64,000 nt of DNA from Candidatus Latescibacterota bacterium (GTDB lineage Bacteria > Latescibacterota > UBA2968 > UBA8231). Made by a program: the position numbers and the translations under genes. The stretch lies in assembly GCA_965248355.1 (NCBI GenBank), contig OZ252098.1, positions 2,400,001-2,464,000 on the forward strand. The letters are read 5' to 3'. The notes below the pieces were generated by a model that was not told the origin of the DNA, searched no databases, and worked only from the letters and a program-made list of their open reading frames with translations. Numbering within the stretch: the stretch's first letter is position 1; the number at the start of each line of letters is the position of its first letter. Shown here piece after piece: positions 1 to 9,702 of the stretch.

Positions 1-1033
1 GCAGGATGGTCTCGCCGTCGGCCTTCCAGCGGTAGGGTTTGGGGGCCAAGTTCCGCTGCGCCAAGTAGGCTTCGATGTCGCGCACCAACTCCCCGACGCT
101 GGCAAAGCTGCCGTCCCGAATCACATCCTGCGTCAGCTCGCCGAAGAACCGTTCGACCAAGTTCATCCAGGAGGAACTGGTGGGGGTGAAATGGACATGG
201 AAGCGCCGATGCCGAGACAACCAATGCTGCACGCTCTCCTCCTTGTGGGGGCCGGCGTTGTCCACGATCAGGTGCAGCGACAGGTTCTTGGGCGTCTCGC
301 GGTCGATCTGCTTGAGAAAGCGGAGCCATTCGACGTGGGTATGACGCGCCTCCAGACGCGCGATGAGCTTGCCGTCGAGGTAGTTGAGCGCGGCGAACAA
401 GGTGATCGTACCGTGGCGCTTGTAATCGTGGGTCCGGGTGCGGATGTCGCCGATCCCCAGCGGCAAGCCCGGCTGGGTCCGTTCCAGCGCCTGGCACTGG
501 CTCTTCTCGTCACAGCACAGCACCAGCGCGCGCTCGGGGGGATCCAGGTAGAGCCCGATCACGTCCCAGAATTTTTCCTCGAAGTGCGGGTCCGTGGAGA
601 CCTTGAAGGTCTTGGTCAAATGGGGCTTGATGTCGTTGGCCTTCCAGATCCGGTGCACGCTGTCCGGCGACATCCCCGCCGCCTGGGCCATCGAGCGCAC
701 GCTCCAGCGCGTGCGCGGCTTCGGCGGCTGCGTGACCGCGGTGAGGACCTGCTCGACCTTGTCCGCCGGCAAGCTCGCCGGCCGGCCCCGGCCCTTGGCG
801 TCGTTCAGTCCCGCCAAACCCTCGCGATCAAAGCGTTGCGACCACTTGTTCACACACGCCACACTGGCGCCCAACTCGGCGGCCACCTGCACCTGCTTGA
901 TCCCTTCGGCCCGGCGCAGGACGATGGCCGCGCGCAGGCTGTCGCGCTGGGACGCGGAGGGGGCCCTGACGCGACGCTCCAACTCCTGTCGCTCGGACGC
1001 GGTCAACTCAAGGCGGGACACCGGGCGGGCCAT
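1..1033 (-). CDS. IS630-family transposase (3' end outside window)
   Basis: Manual translation: MARPVSRLELTASERQEL...GRGRP...RWS...VLCCDEKSQCQAL...HDYKRHGT...LIVDN..H...FTPTSSSWMNLVERFF (HTH + DDE_3 motifs). Absent from the ORF track because it has no stop in the window. Confidence 0.93.
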   Translation of the reverse strand, partial: MARPVSRLELTASERQELERRVRAPSASQRDSLRAAIVLRRAEGIKQVQVAAELGASVACVNKWSQRFDREGLAGLNDAKGRGRPASLPADKVEQVLTAVTQPPKPRTRWSVRSMAQAAGMSPDSVHRIWKANDIKPHLTKTFKVSTDPHFEEKFWDVIGLYLDPPERALVLCCDEKSQCQALERTQPGLPLGIGDIRTRTHDYKRHGTITLFAALNYLDGKLIARLEARHTHVEWLRFLKQIDRETPKNLSLHLIVDNAGPHKEESVQHWLSRHRRFHVHFTPTSSSWMNLVERFFGELTQDVIRDGSFASVGELVRDIEAYLAQRNLAPKPYRWKADGETIL

Positions 1034-1092
1034 GGCCTGAAGATAAGGCCTTGACTCTGTTTTTACAACTCATTTGTCGGACGCGACACTAG
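1..1092 (-). mobile_element. IS630-family insertion sequence (other end lies before the window)
   Basis: Transposase ORF on the minus strand; the element end reads CTAG|TGTCGCGTCCGACAAATG on the minus strand, with TA at 1090-1091, the typical IS630 target. Confidence 0.85.
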
Positions 1093-1331
1093 GCGTCGCC
1101 ACGTACCTGGTCAAATCCCCTGACGCTCGTGTTCACACCGCCCTCACGATCCACTCGACGCAACAGCGTGAGTCGCGGCAACCCGGGCGGAATCGACCCG
1201 GCGGCCAGCCTGGGCAGTTGACCCGCCTCGGGTGAGATCGGACCCTTGCCCAGGCACACGACTGCCGCTCAGCGAAGGGAGCCCCGGCCTGCTGCTCCCG
1301 GCATGATCCCCCTCCTCCGAAGGAGGCCGAT

Positions 1332-4082
1332 TTGCGCGCCTTCCCGACCTCCCGGACCGCCGCCCTGTTGAGCCTGCTCCCCGCCGGCGCCGTGTCGGCC
1401 CAGGACTACGACGCCGACTATCCACCCGGCACGCTGACGCCGAACATCGACCTGGCCTTGCAGAGGGTCGAGATCCAGGTGCCGGAGAAGTACCGCGACC
1501 ATGTCCCCGAGGGCCTGAGCGTCAACCTGCCCTCGGGCTTCCGCGCCCAGTTGTTCGCCGCCGATCTCGGCGGCCCCCGGGACCTGCGGTTCAGCCCGGA
1601 AGGCGTGCTGCACGCCGTCACTCGCAGGGGCCAGGTCATCGCCCTGCCCGACCGCGACGGCGACGGCGCCGCCGACGAGGAGATCGTCGCCCTCGACGGC
1701 CTGCGCGTCAGCGACGGTCTCGCGTTCTACAAGGGAGACATGTACGTCGGCGAGGAGCACCAGGTGATCAGGGCCATCGACGCCGACGGCGACGGCCTCT
1801 ACGAGGATACCGAGGTGCTCGTCGCCGACCTGCCGTGGGAGGCCTGGCACGACACGAAGACGATCGTCTTCGACGAGCAGAACGAGAAGCTCTACGTGAG
1901 CGTCGGCTCCCCCTGCGACCTGTGCCGCATGGAGCCCGGCCACCAGTTCTCAGGGGCGGCCACGACGGCCGCGCTCCCGTACCGCCCGGAGCGCGGCACC
2001 GTCATGGAGTTCAACGCCGACGGCACGGGCGGGCGCATCTTCGTCACCGGCGTGCGCAACGTCGTCGGCATGGACCTGCACCCGGTGACGAACGAGTTGT
2101 GGGGCACGAACAACGGCCACGACGAGGAGGGCCGCTCCCGGCCCCCGGAGTGGATCGACGTGCTGCGGGACGGCGACTTCCAGGGCTACCCCTTGGTGCA
2201 GAGCCACCAGGCCTGGAACGACTTCACCATCTCCCGCTACCACCCCATGCTGCCGATCACGCGCGAGGACACGCTGCTGGCCATGACCCAGAAGAAGCCG
2301 GCGGTCCTCGTGCCGGCCCACTGGGCGCCGATGCGCATCCACTTCTACACGGGCGAGCAGTTCCCCGCCAGGTACAGGAACGCCGCCTTCGTCGCCTTCC
2401 GCGCCGGCCGCGCCAAGCTCTCCTCCCACCCCGGATACAAGGTGCAGGCCCTGTTCAGCGACCCCGACGGCTCCGATGCCGTCATGGCCGACTTCGTCAC
2501 CGGGTTCCAGACGGGCACGACCACCGGCAGCGTCTGGGGCTTCCCCCACGGCCTCGCCAGCGACGCGGAGGGCAGCCTCTACGTCGGCAGCGACAGCCGC
2601 ACCCCGGTGATCCTGAAGATCACCCACAGCCAGTTGCACGGCGTCTGGGAGCACGACCTGCCGGAGTCGGTGGGGCTCGCCGGGCGGGTGACGCTGCGCG
2701 GCACCGTGCGCCTCGAGCGCCTGGCCGAGGGCGGCGACGAGCCGCGGGTGACCGCCGACCTGAGCGCCTTCGGAGGCCCCGCCGAGGTGGAGCTGACGCC
2801 CCTCGGCGATGGGGAGTACGGCCTGGAGGTCGAGCTCGTCGCCGGCGCCGTGGGCCGCCGCGACATCGTCGTCCGCGTCGAGCAGCGGGCCGGGGAGCGC
2901 ACCGAGTCCCTGCGCTTCGCCACCACCGTGGAGGTGCTGCCTCCGGCCTGGAGCCACGACCTGCCCGGCGGCCTGACCCTCGGGGACCCTCTCGAGCTGC
3001 AGGCCACGGTGCGCATCGAGCCGCTGTCGGCGGACGGCGGGAGTCCGCGTGTGACCGCTGACCTCTCGGCCCTGGGCGGTCCCGGCGAGGTGCCGCTGAG
3101 CCGGGCCGGCGAGGACGTGTACGCGCTGCGGGCGCTCGTCGCCCTCGACGTGCCTGCCGGCACCTACGCGGTCCTCGTGCGCTTCGAGCAGGAGGTTGGG
3201 GGCGTCGTGTTCCGCCACGAGTTCCGCCACGACGTCGTGCTCTCGCCGCCCGACCTGGCCATCCTCGACGACGGGCTCGCCAGCGGCTGGCAGCTGCGCG
3301 GTGAGGGGGGCGCGCAGGTGCTCGGTCCGACGGCCGCGGGACCCGTCTTCAACGGCCGCGAGGCTCTGGAGATACACCTGCAGCCCGAGAACTTCTTCAC
3401 CCTCTGGCAGACGATCCTGCAGCCGCCGTCCGCCGTGGATCCCCTTGGCTTCGCCGGCATCCGCCTCGTCCTCCACACGGGCGCCGCCACGATGCCCGGC
3501 CCCGCCGCCTTGTCGGTGGTCGTCGACGACCTCTCCGTCGACCTGTTGCGCCGGCCGTACGAGGTCGTCGCGGGGCACCCGGAGTGGCAGGTCGTGGAGA
3601 TCGACTTCGACGACTTCACCGTGCCGAACAGGTATTCCGGCCAGGAGGACCGCACCGTCGAGGAGGTCGACGCCATCGTGCTGCGCGGCTCCATGTCCGG
3701 CACGCTCTACCTGGACGACGTGCGCCTCGTCACCCGCATCCCGGCGGCGGACCCGGAGCCCGCGGCGACGGCGATACTCGAGACCTTCGACGACGGCACG
3801 CCGGACGAGTACGCGCTGCGGCCGGGCTACCCGAACCCGTTCAACGCCGAGACCGTTCTGCTCTTCGACCTTCCCATTGCCGCCGAAATCCGGCTGTCCA
3901 TCTACAACCTCGCCGGGCAGCGGGTCGCCGACCTCGTACGCGGCCGCCGCGAGGCCGGCACCCACCGCGTGCATTGGGATGGGCGCGCCGGGGCGGGAGT
4001 CCCGCTGGCTTCCGGGGTCTACCTGGTGCGCCTGTCCGCCGGGCGCTGGGTCGGCACGGAGAAGCTGTTGCTGCTGCGCTGA
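1332..4082 (+). CDS. Secreted PQQ-dependent sugar/sorbosone dehydrogenase-like beta-propeller protein with two tandem ~101-aa domains, a CBM-like domain and a C-terminal FlgD-Ig/sorting domain
   Basis: SD AGGAGG then TTG; signal peptide; NLPSGFRAQLFA, LYVSVGSPC, GVRNVVGMD, LWGTNNG motifs; C-terminal YPNPFN...WDG...SGVYLVRL...KLLLLR. Confidence 0.8.
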   Translation: MRAFPTSRTAALLSLLPAGAVSAQDYDADYPPGTLTPNIDLALQRVEIQVPEKYRDHVPEGLSVNLPSGFRAQLFAADLGGPRDLRFSPEGVLHAVTRRGQVIALPDRDGDGAADEEIVALDGLRVSDGLAFYKGDMYVGEEHQVIRAIDADGDGLYEDTEVLVADLPWEAWHDTKTIVFDEQNEKLYVSVGSPCDLCRMEPGHQFSGAATTAALPYRPERGTVMEFNADGTGGRIFVTGVRNVVGMDLHPVTNELWGTNNGHDEEGRSRPPEWIDVLRDGDFQGYPLVQSHQAWNDFTISRYHPMLPITREDTLLAMTQKKPAVLVPAHWAPMRIHFYTGEQFPARYRNAAFVAFRAGRAKLSSHPGYKVQALFSDPDGSDAVMADFVTGFQTGTTTGSVWGFPHGLASDAEGSLYVGSDSRTPVILKITHSQLHGVWEHDLPESVGLAGRVTLRGTVRLERLAEGGDEPRVTADLSAFGGPAEVELTPLGDGEYGLEVELVAGAVGRRDIVVRVEQRAGERTESLRFATTVEVLPPAWSHDLPGGLTLGDPLELQATVRIEPLSADGGSPRVTADLSALGGPGEVPLSRAGEDVYALRALVALDVPAGTYAVLVRFEQEVGGVVFRHEFRHDVVLSPPDLAILDDGLASGWQLRGEGGAQVLGPTAAGPVFNGREALEIHLQPENFFTLWQTILQPPSAVDPLGFAGIRLVLHTGAATMPGPAALSVVVDDLSVDLLRRPYEVVAGHPEWQVVEIDFDDFTVPNRYSGQEDRTVEEVDAIVLRGSMSGTLYLDDVRLVTRIPAADPEPAATAILETFDDGTPDEYALRPGYPNPFNAETVLLFDLPIAAEIRLSIYNLAGQRVADLVRGRREAGTHRVHWDGRAGAGVPLASGVYLVRLSAGRWVGTEKLLLLR

Positions 4083-4113
4083 CGGAGGGCCGATGGGCCC
4101 CGCCGACGCCCCC

Positions 4114-5337
4114 TCAGGCGATGAAGGGTCCGTCCCGCACCACGCGCTCCCAGGTCCGGCGGAACTCGTCGGACCCGTCGTCGAGCCAGGCCTCGCTCCG
4201 CAGACCCTGGACCGCCCCCTCCTCCCGCCCCGTGGCGCGGCCGACGTCCCCCGTCGAGAGCCCGTACAGGGTGCGCCCACCCGGCAGGTGCACGCGTTCC
4301 AGGTGCCTCGGGACGGGGGCGGGGGGATTCGCGGCCAGCCGCTCCAGGGCCGCCTCGTCCACGTCGAACCCCAGCCCCGGACGCTCCGGCACGGGAGAGC
4401 ATCCCGCCGCCACCTCGATCCGCCCGGTGGTGATGTCGTCCTCGTACTGGTCGTCGAGATGGATCGAGTGGCCCGTGGCGGTGGGCAGCACGGCGGCCAT
4501 GTGCAGGCCCAGGGCCTTGGTCAGGGTGCCGCCCGTCAGCTGGATCAGGCACTGGGTGTTGAGCCGGGCGCAGGCGGTGCCGTTGGCCAGGGTGCCGCCG
4601 ATGCTGCTGCCGCCGCTGCCGATGAGGTAGGCGTCGGCGGCGCCTCGGCCCAGGGCCGGCAGGCGAGGCTCGCCGGGCGGCACGTGGAACACCAGGGGAA
4701 GGGCGGTCTGCTCGCGCAGCCGGCACCAGGAGTCCAGGTCGTCCTTCGCACACGGATCCTCGATGCAGCCGACCACGGGACGGGTCTCGAGCCAGCGCAC
4801 GATCGGCAGCAGCGTGGCCAGGGTGCGCGAGCCGTTCAGGTCGAGGTGCAGGCGGAACCCCTCCGGGGCCACCTCCTCGGCGGCGCCCACCTGCTCCCGC
4901 AGGTCGTGGACCGGCGCCGTGTGCATCTTGATCACCAGGTATCCCTGCCCCGCCGCGCGCTGCACCTCGGCGGCGAAGTCGGCCGGCGCCGCCTGCCGTG
5001 TCCAGGCGGCCACCGAGACGGCGTCCCTCACCTTCTGCCCCATGAGCCGCCAGGCGGGCACCCCCAGGTGCTTGCCCATCACGTCGTACAGGGCGCCGCC
5101 AACGGCCGGATCGAAGTCGTTGCCGATGAACTCGAAGGGGCTGCGTCCGATCAGCGGCTCCAGGCTCGAAGCGGCGGGGGCCCCGCCCCGGTGGTCCCCG
5201 TAGCCGACCAGACCGTCGTCGGTGCGCACCCGGCAGACGACGCGGTGGTCGATGCCGGCGAAGCGCACCGGATCGTTGCGGTTGCGCTCCGCCAGGCGGG
5301 GATGGATGGGGATGATGTCGACGTCCGTGATCTTCAT
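4114..5337 (-). CDS. Mandelate racemase/muconate lactonizing enzyme (enolase superfamily)
   Basis: MKITDVD, VRTDDGLVGYG, ALYDVMGKHLGVPAWRLMG, KxH, LDLN, IEDP, PERPGLG motifs. Confidence 0.88.
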   Translation of the reverse strand: MKITDVDIIPIHPRLAERNRNDPVRFAGIDHRVVCRVRTDDGLVGYGDHRGGAPAASSLEPLIGRSPFEFIGNDFDPAVGGALYDVMGKHLGVPAWRLMGQKVRDAVSVAAWTRQAAPADFAAEVQRAAGQGYLVIKMHTAPVHDLREQVGAAEEVAPEGFRLHLDLNGSRTLATLLPIVRWLETRPVVGCIEDPCAKDDLDSWCRLREQTALPLVFHVPPGEPRLPALGRGAADAYLIGSGGSSIGGTLANGTACARLNTQCLIQLTGGTLTKALGLHMAAVLPTATGHSIHLDDQYEDDITTGRIEVAAGCSPVPERPGLGFDVDEAALERLAANPPAPVPRHLERVHLPGGRTLYGLSTGDVGRATGREEGAVQGLRSEAWLDDGSDEFRRTWERVVRDGPFIA

Positions 5338-5350
5338 CTTGACTCCTGGA

Positions 5351-6370
5351 TCAGAACCGGGTGCTCTCGTACCGGGCAAAGGGCGTGTCCACGCCGACTT
5401 CGGCGGCGATCCTCTCGAGCACCTCCCGGTGCTCGGGACCGACGGGGATGCCGTCGCGGGCGTGGTCCCGCTCCCAGCGCCACTCCAGGCCGCCGGGCAG
5501 CTCGGCCCGGTCGACCCCCGGGAAGGGCCGCATGCGGCGCGCCCTGGCCACGTAGCCGTCCATGTCGGCCTTGAACCCGGCCACGGGCATGAACCGCTCG
5601 ATGGCGACGGCGGCGACGAAGCCGCCCTGGTCCGACACCCAGGGCGACCTCGGGGCCTGCAGCTCCGGTCGATGGATGCCGGCCAGCACGCCGCCGAGCA
5701 CCTGCAGCACCGCTCCCAGCCCGAGGCTCTTGAAGAACACCCGCGGGAAGCGCTCGAGCAGTTCCGGCTCGTGAGGCAGCATGTGGGCTCCCATGTCGAG
5801 GACGAGCGGCGGTTGCGCGTCCGTCGGCACGGCCACGCTCAGCGGCGAGGCCCCGGCGGCTCTCAGCACGAGGTCGTCCGGGTCCATGGGGTAGCGCACC
5901 GACGACGCCGCCAGGCCGATGCAGTCGGCCTGAAGGGCCATGCGCGAGTAGAGGCCGGCGGAGCCGATATGGTGATGGTTGCCGGTCGTCACCGCTCCAA
6001 GACCATGGGCGCGGGCCTTGGCCACCGCCATCTCCATCCCCCGATGGCAGGGAAAGTGGCCGAGACCGCCGTCGCCGTCGAGCACGGCCGTGGTCCCGGA
6101 CTCGTCCACGACCCGAACCTCGGGTGCGGGGTTGACGCGGCCGTCGCGCATGAGCCGCACGTAGTGCGCCACGTGCTTCGTGCCGTGGCTGAAGACGCAG
6201 CGCAGGTCGCATTCGACGAGCAGGGCCGCCAGCCGCCCGGCCTGCTCCCGGGGCATGCCGGCCCGGTCGAGGAGGGCCGCCGTCAACCGCCGCATGTCGG
6301 CCGCAGGCACGCGGATGCCATGGGGCGGCGGGTAGTTGGGCAGTTGCAGGGTGGGGGGGTCGGGGCTCAT
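5351..6370 (-). CDS. Ldh_2 family (malate/L-lactate/L-sulfolactate) oxidoreductase
   Basis: CDLRCVFSHG, VLDGDGGLG, NHHHIG, VLDM, ELPG motifs; ATG overlaps the upstream stop (ATGA). Confidence 0.88.
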   Translation of the reverse strand: MSPDPPTLQLPNYPPPHGIRVPAADMRRLTAALLDRAGMPREQAGRLAALLVECDLRCVFSHGTKHVAHYVRLMRDGRVNPAPEVRVVDESGTTAVLDGDGGLGHFPCHRGMEMAVAKARAHGLGAVTTGNHHHIGSAGLYSRMALQADCIGLAASSVRYPMDPDDLVLRAAGASPLSVAVPTDAQPPLVLDMGAHMLPHEPELLERFPRVFFKSLGLGAVLQVLGGVLAGIHRPELQAPRSPWVSDQGGFVAAVAIERFMPVAGFKADMDGYVARARRMRPFPGVDRAELPGGLEWRWERDHARDGIPVGPEHREVLERIAAEVGVDTPFARYESTRF

Positions 6371-7947
6371 CCGGGATCGCGGGGGTAGCTGACGTGGATC
6401 TCCACGTTGCCCACCACCACCGGCGGCCGCAGGCGCGGGTCCCGCTCGAGGAGGTCGATGCGGACCTCGTGGACGCCCCCGCCGACCTGGGACGGCGCCA
6501 GCGGCCAGACGAGCCACGTGTTCTCCGAGACGTCCGCTGGATTCGTCCCGTCCCCGGCCGCCGGACTGCGGCGCTCCGACTCCCCCAGCCGCTGCCCGTC
6601 CAGCTCCACGGCGACCCGGTCCCGCGGCGACAGGTGGTCGAGGTCGACCTGCAGCTCCAGCGCCGCGTCTTCCGACACGTCCTCGTACACCCCGACGTGG
6701 AACCGGGGGCCGCCGCCCGCTGGCGTGGCCACCAGGTCGACGGGCACCTCTCCGCCCAGCCGGTCGTCCCGCTCGGCGCCATAGCGCAACTCGCTCCGGT
6801 CGCGGATGTGGCGCTTGACGGCGGCGTAGACCTTGGCCGTGCGCCGCAGGGTGTCCGGCGCGCCGAGACTCTGCAGCAGCGGCCGCACGGTGCGCACGTG
6901 GCTGTGCCAGTTGAACAGATGCACGCCAGAGGCGCCGCGCTCGTAGAAGCCGGCGGCCAGGCCCCGAAACCAGGCCTCCCGCCAGCGCCCGGCGGGCAGC
7001 AGGTGGCCCTGCCCCCACTCGCCGTGGCTGTCGAACCCGGGATAGAGCCGCACCTGGGTGCCGCGCATCATCTCCAGGCAGGCCTCCACCTCCACGCCGG
7101 GATCGGTCCCCGAGTTCGCCCCCGTGACGACGATGTCGCACAGGCCCTCCTCGATCCACGCCTCCAGGTCGTAGCCGACTCGCCGGTTCGTCTCCCGGGT
7201 GGCTCCGACGCGCACGATCACGAAGAAGGGCCGTCCGCGCCGCCCGGCGATGGCGTCACCGATGCGGCGCACCTCGCGGTGCAGGTCGGTGAGGGTGTAA
7301 CGCAGTCGCCAGGCGTCCTCCTCGGGCAGGTGGAAGGCGTGGCGCTCCCAGTCGATCTCGACGCCGTCCCAGTCGGCCAGCTCGCAGGCCTCGGCGATGC
7401 GTTGCAGGGTATACTCGCGGACCTCGGGCACCGCCATGTTCCACGACGTGGCCGCCCAGGCCGGCGCCCCCTCGCCGAGGACCCACTCCGGGTGGCTCTT
7501 GCGGAAGGCGGTGAGATGGGGCCTCTCCGTGGCCGCCATCTCTTCGGGCTTCAGCGGTGGGACGCGGCGAGCCTTGTCGGACCAGAAGTGGTTGTCGTTC
7601 ATGCGCACCGAGGCGTACACGCCCAGCCCCAGCTCGTGCCCGCGCTGGACGAGCCGGCCGTAGAGGTCGACGCCGCTCTCGAACATCGCCCGCAGGCTCT
7701 CCGCCCGGCGCATGTCGCTGACGGAGAAGTAGCGGCGCCCTTCCGCCTCGCCGATCATGGACAGCCGCTCCGAGGGCCAGTGGGCCTCCTCGACCCCCAC
7801 GCACCACGACAGGGCGCCGACCTGGGTCCCCGACAGGGGTCCGTAGATCCGCTCCAGCAGATCGTCGACGGAGATGGGGACCTCGGCGTTCTTGAGGTAG
7901 CCGCCGTCGTTGTTCAGGATGATGCCGTAGTCGGGCGCGGCGGTCAT
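6367..7947 (-). CDS. GHL10-like TIM-barrel glycoside-hydrolase-like protein
   Basis: IILNNDG, YASVRMNDNH, WNMAVPEVR, WDGVEIDWER, GASGVHLFN motifs. Confidence 0.7.
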   Translation of the reverse strand: MTAAPDYGIILNNDGGYLKNAEVPISVDDLLERIYGPLSGTQVGALSWCVGVEEAHWPSERLSMIGEAEGRRYFSVSDMRRAESLRAMFESGVDLYGRLVQRGHELGLGVYASVRMNDNHFWSDKARRVPPLKPEEMAATERPHLTAFRKSHPEWVLGEGAPAWAATSWNMAVPEVREYTLQRIAEACELADWDGVEIDWERHAFHLPEEDAWRLRYTLTDLHREVRRIGDAIAGRRGRPFFVIVRVGATRETNRRVGYDLEAWIEEGLCDIVVTGANSGTDPGVEVEACLEMMRGTQVRLYPGFDSHGEWGQGHLLPAGRWREAWFRGLAAGFYERGASGVHLFNWHSHVRTVRPLLQSLGAPDTLRRTAKVYAAVKRHIRDRSELRYGAERDDRLGGEVPVDLVATPAGGGPRFHVGVYEDVSEDAALELQVDLDHLSPRDRVAVELDGQRLGESERRSPAAGDGTNPADVSENTWLVWPLAPSQVGGGVHEVRIDLLERDPRLRPPVVVGNVEIHVSYPRDPG

Positions 7948-8831
7948 CGCACCGGCTCCGTATCGATGGTCCCCAGGGGCACCTCGAGCAGGTCCTGCCC
8001 GAGGATCACCTGGCCGTCGAAGACCTCCCCCACCTCGTGCAGCATCCGCTCGCGCACGCCGGGCGTCTCCAGCTGCTCCGTCAGGTGAACGAGGACCAGC
8101 GTCTTCACGCCGGCGTCCCGCGCCGTGGCCGCCGCATCGAGGTGGCCGGAGCAGCAAGCGGTCAGGCGCTCGTCCTCCTCGGCGCCGTTGATGAAGTGGC
8201 ACATGTGCAGCAGCACGTCGGCGCCCCGGGACAGCTCCGTGAGCCGTTCCACCGGCGCCGTGTCCCCTCCAAAGACGATCGTCCCGCCGGGTGTGGTCAG
8301 GCGGTAGGCCAGGCAGGTGAGCTGGGGCTGCACGTGGACCACCTCGGCCACGTCGACCTGCCAGCCGCCGGTCTCGACGCGGTCGCCGTGGGCCACCTCG
8401 CGCACCTGCGGCTCGGGCCTGCGCCGGGGCATGACGCCGCCCCGGGCCTCGTACACGAAGTGGCTGCCCGGGTGCACGGTGCGGGCCTCCAGATCGGGGC
8501 CGAAGGCGCCGTCGGCGGCGAGCAGCCGGCGTGACATGTGCGCCGTCGGCGGCGGGCCGTAGACCCGCAGCTCTGGGATGCGGCCGGCGCCCTGGTCCCA
8601 GCGGGTCAGCACCAGGTAGGCGTAGTCGACGCAGTGGTCGTAGTGCAGGTGGGTCAGGAAGAGGTGATCGATGGAGGGCAGCTCGACGCCGGCCTCGAGC
8701 ATGCGCCGCACCGAGGCCGGGCCGCAGTCGAAGACCAGGGTCTCCTCACCGGTCCGGACCAGATAGCTGGACCCGCCCCGGTGGGCCAGGGGCGTGGGCG
8801 TGCCCGTGCACAGGAGCTGGAGCCGTGTCAT
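7944..8831 (-). CDS. MBL-fold metallo-hydrolase (RNase Z/AtsA-like)
   Basis: GTPTP, FDCG, THLHYDH, GDT, ADVLLH, LVLVH motifs. Confidence 0.88.
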   Translation of the reverse strand: MTRLQLLCTGTPTPLAHRGGSSYLVRTGEETLVFDCGPASVRRMLEAGVELPSIDHLFLTHLHYDHCVDYAYLVLTRWDQGAGRIPELRVYGPPPTAHMSRRLLAADGAFGPDLEARTVHPGSHFVYEARGGVMPRRRPEPQVREVAHGDRVETGGWQVDVAEVVHVQPQLTCLAYRLTTPGGTIVFGGDTAPVERLTELSRGADVLLHMCHFINGAEEDERLTACCSGHLDAAATARDAGVKTLVLVHLTEQLETPGVRERMLHEVGEVFDGQVILGQDLLEVPLGTIDTEPVR

Positions 8832-9619
8832 TGGTCCAGCGCCTCCTCGTGCGCCCGCACCGCGGCTTCGACCTCGTCGTCCTCCCACTTCTCCACGAGG
8901 GGGCACTGGTCCTCGGGCCATTCGGGCAGCACGTAGGGGTTGGAGCCGGCCACGTACGCGTAGATGAGGGACCAGCGCGGCTGCTCGCTGAGGTTGGCGT
9001 CCGAGGCGTGGAGGGTGTTGCCGTGGAAGTAGAGGACCGACCCGGGCTGCAGCTGGCAGTGAACCTCCTCCAGCTCCCGCAGCGCCAGCTCGAGGCGGCG
9101 GGGATCGGTGATGAGCTGGGAGCCGGAGGACTGGTGCTCGAGCCGGCCCAGGCGGTTGGACCCGCGCACGACCTTCAGGCAGCCGTTGTCGCGGGTGGCC
9201 GGATCGAGGGCGACCATGACGCTGGCGAAGGCGGGGAAGAGGAACTGCTGGTAGTGGTAGCCGTAGTCCTGGTGATACTGCCAGCCCCCGGTGCGGGGAT
9301 CCTTCAGCATCTGAAGCTGATAGTAGTAGCGCACGCGATCGCTGAACAACTGCTCCAGGGGCTCGACGATGCGGCGGCTGCGGGCCAGGGCGCTGTAGGC
9401 GTCGTCGCCGAGGGCGGACCGGTAGGCCAGGCGGGTGTCGAGCCCCTCGCCCTCGTAGTTCTGGTTGCCTTTGGCGTCGGCCGACAACTGCGGGTCCCGG
9501 CGGGCGATTTCCAGGATCCGCCCGATGAGCTCCGCCTCCAGGTGGTCCTCCAGGATGAGGTAGCCGTCCTCCGCGAACCGGCGGATCTGCTCGGCGCTCA
9601 AGAAGGTGGGAGCGGTCAT
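8828..9619 (-). CDS. Phytanoyl-CoA dioxygenase (PhyH) family protein
   Basis: EDGYLIL, WQYHQD, ALDPATRDNGCLKVVRGS, FHGNTLHAS..N.S..PR. Confidence 0.9.
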   Translation of the reverse strand: MTAPTFLSAEQIRRFAEDGYLILEDHLEAELIGRILEIARRDPQLSADAKGNQNYEGEGLDTRLAYRSALGDDAYSALARSRRIVEPLEQLFSDRVRYYYQLQMLKDPRTGGWQYHQDYGYHYQQFLFPAFASVMVALDPATRDNGCLKVVRGSNRLGRLEHQSSGSQLITDPRRLELALRELEEVHCQLQPGSVLYFHGNTLHASDANLSEQPRWSLIYAYVAGSNPYVLPEWPEDQCPLVEKWEDDEVEAAVRAHEEALDQ

Positions 9620-9668
9620 GGTTTCTCCTCAGGATGGACAGGCCGGATCAACAGAAATCCTGTCTTGA

Positions 9669-9702
9669 TAACTGACTGAATTTACGTTAATTCGATCAGT
9701 TA
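9669..9702. promoter_or_regulatory. AT-rich inverted repeat (candidate operator) abutting the ATPase start codon
   Basis: TAACTGA-CTGAATT-tacgtt-AATTCGA-TCAGTTA directly before ATG 9703, in the divergent intergenic region. Confidence 0.5.

Noticed and set aside
191..1054. Plus-strand 287-aa ORF and many other long overlapping ORFs (e.g. 1950-4280, 56643-59771)
   Set aside because: Antisense or alternate-frame shadows of real genes in high-GC DNA; the opposite strand carries the recognisable protein motifs.
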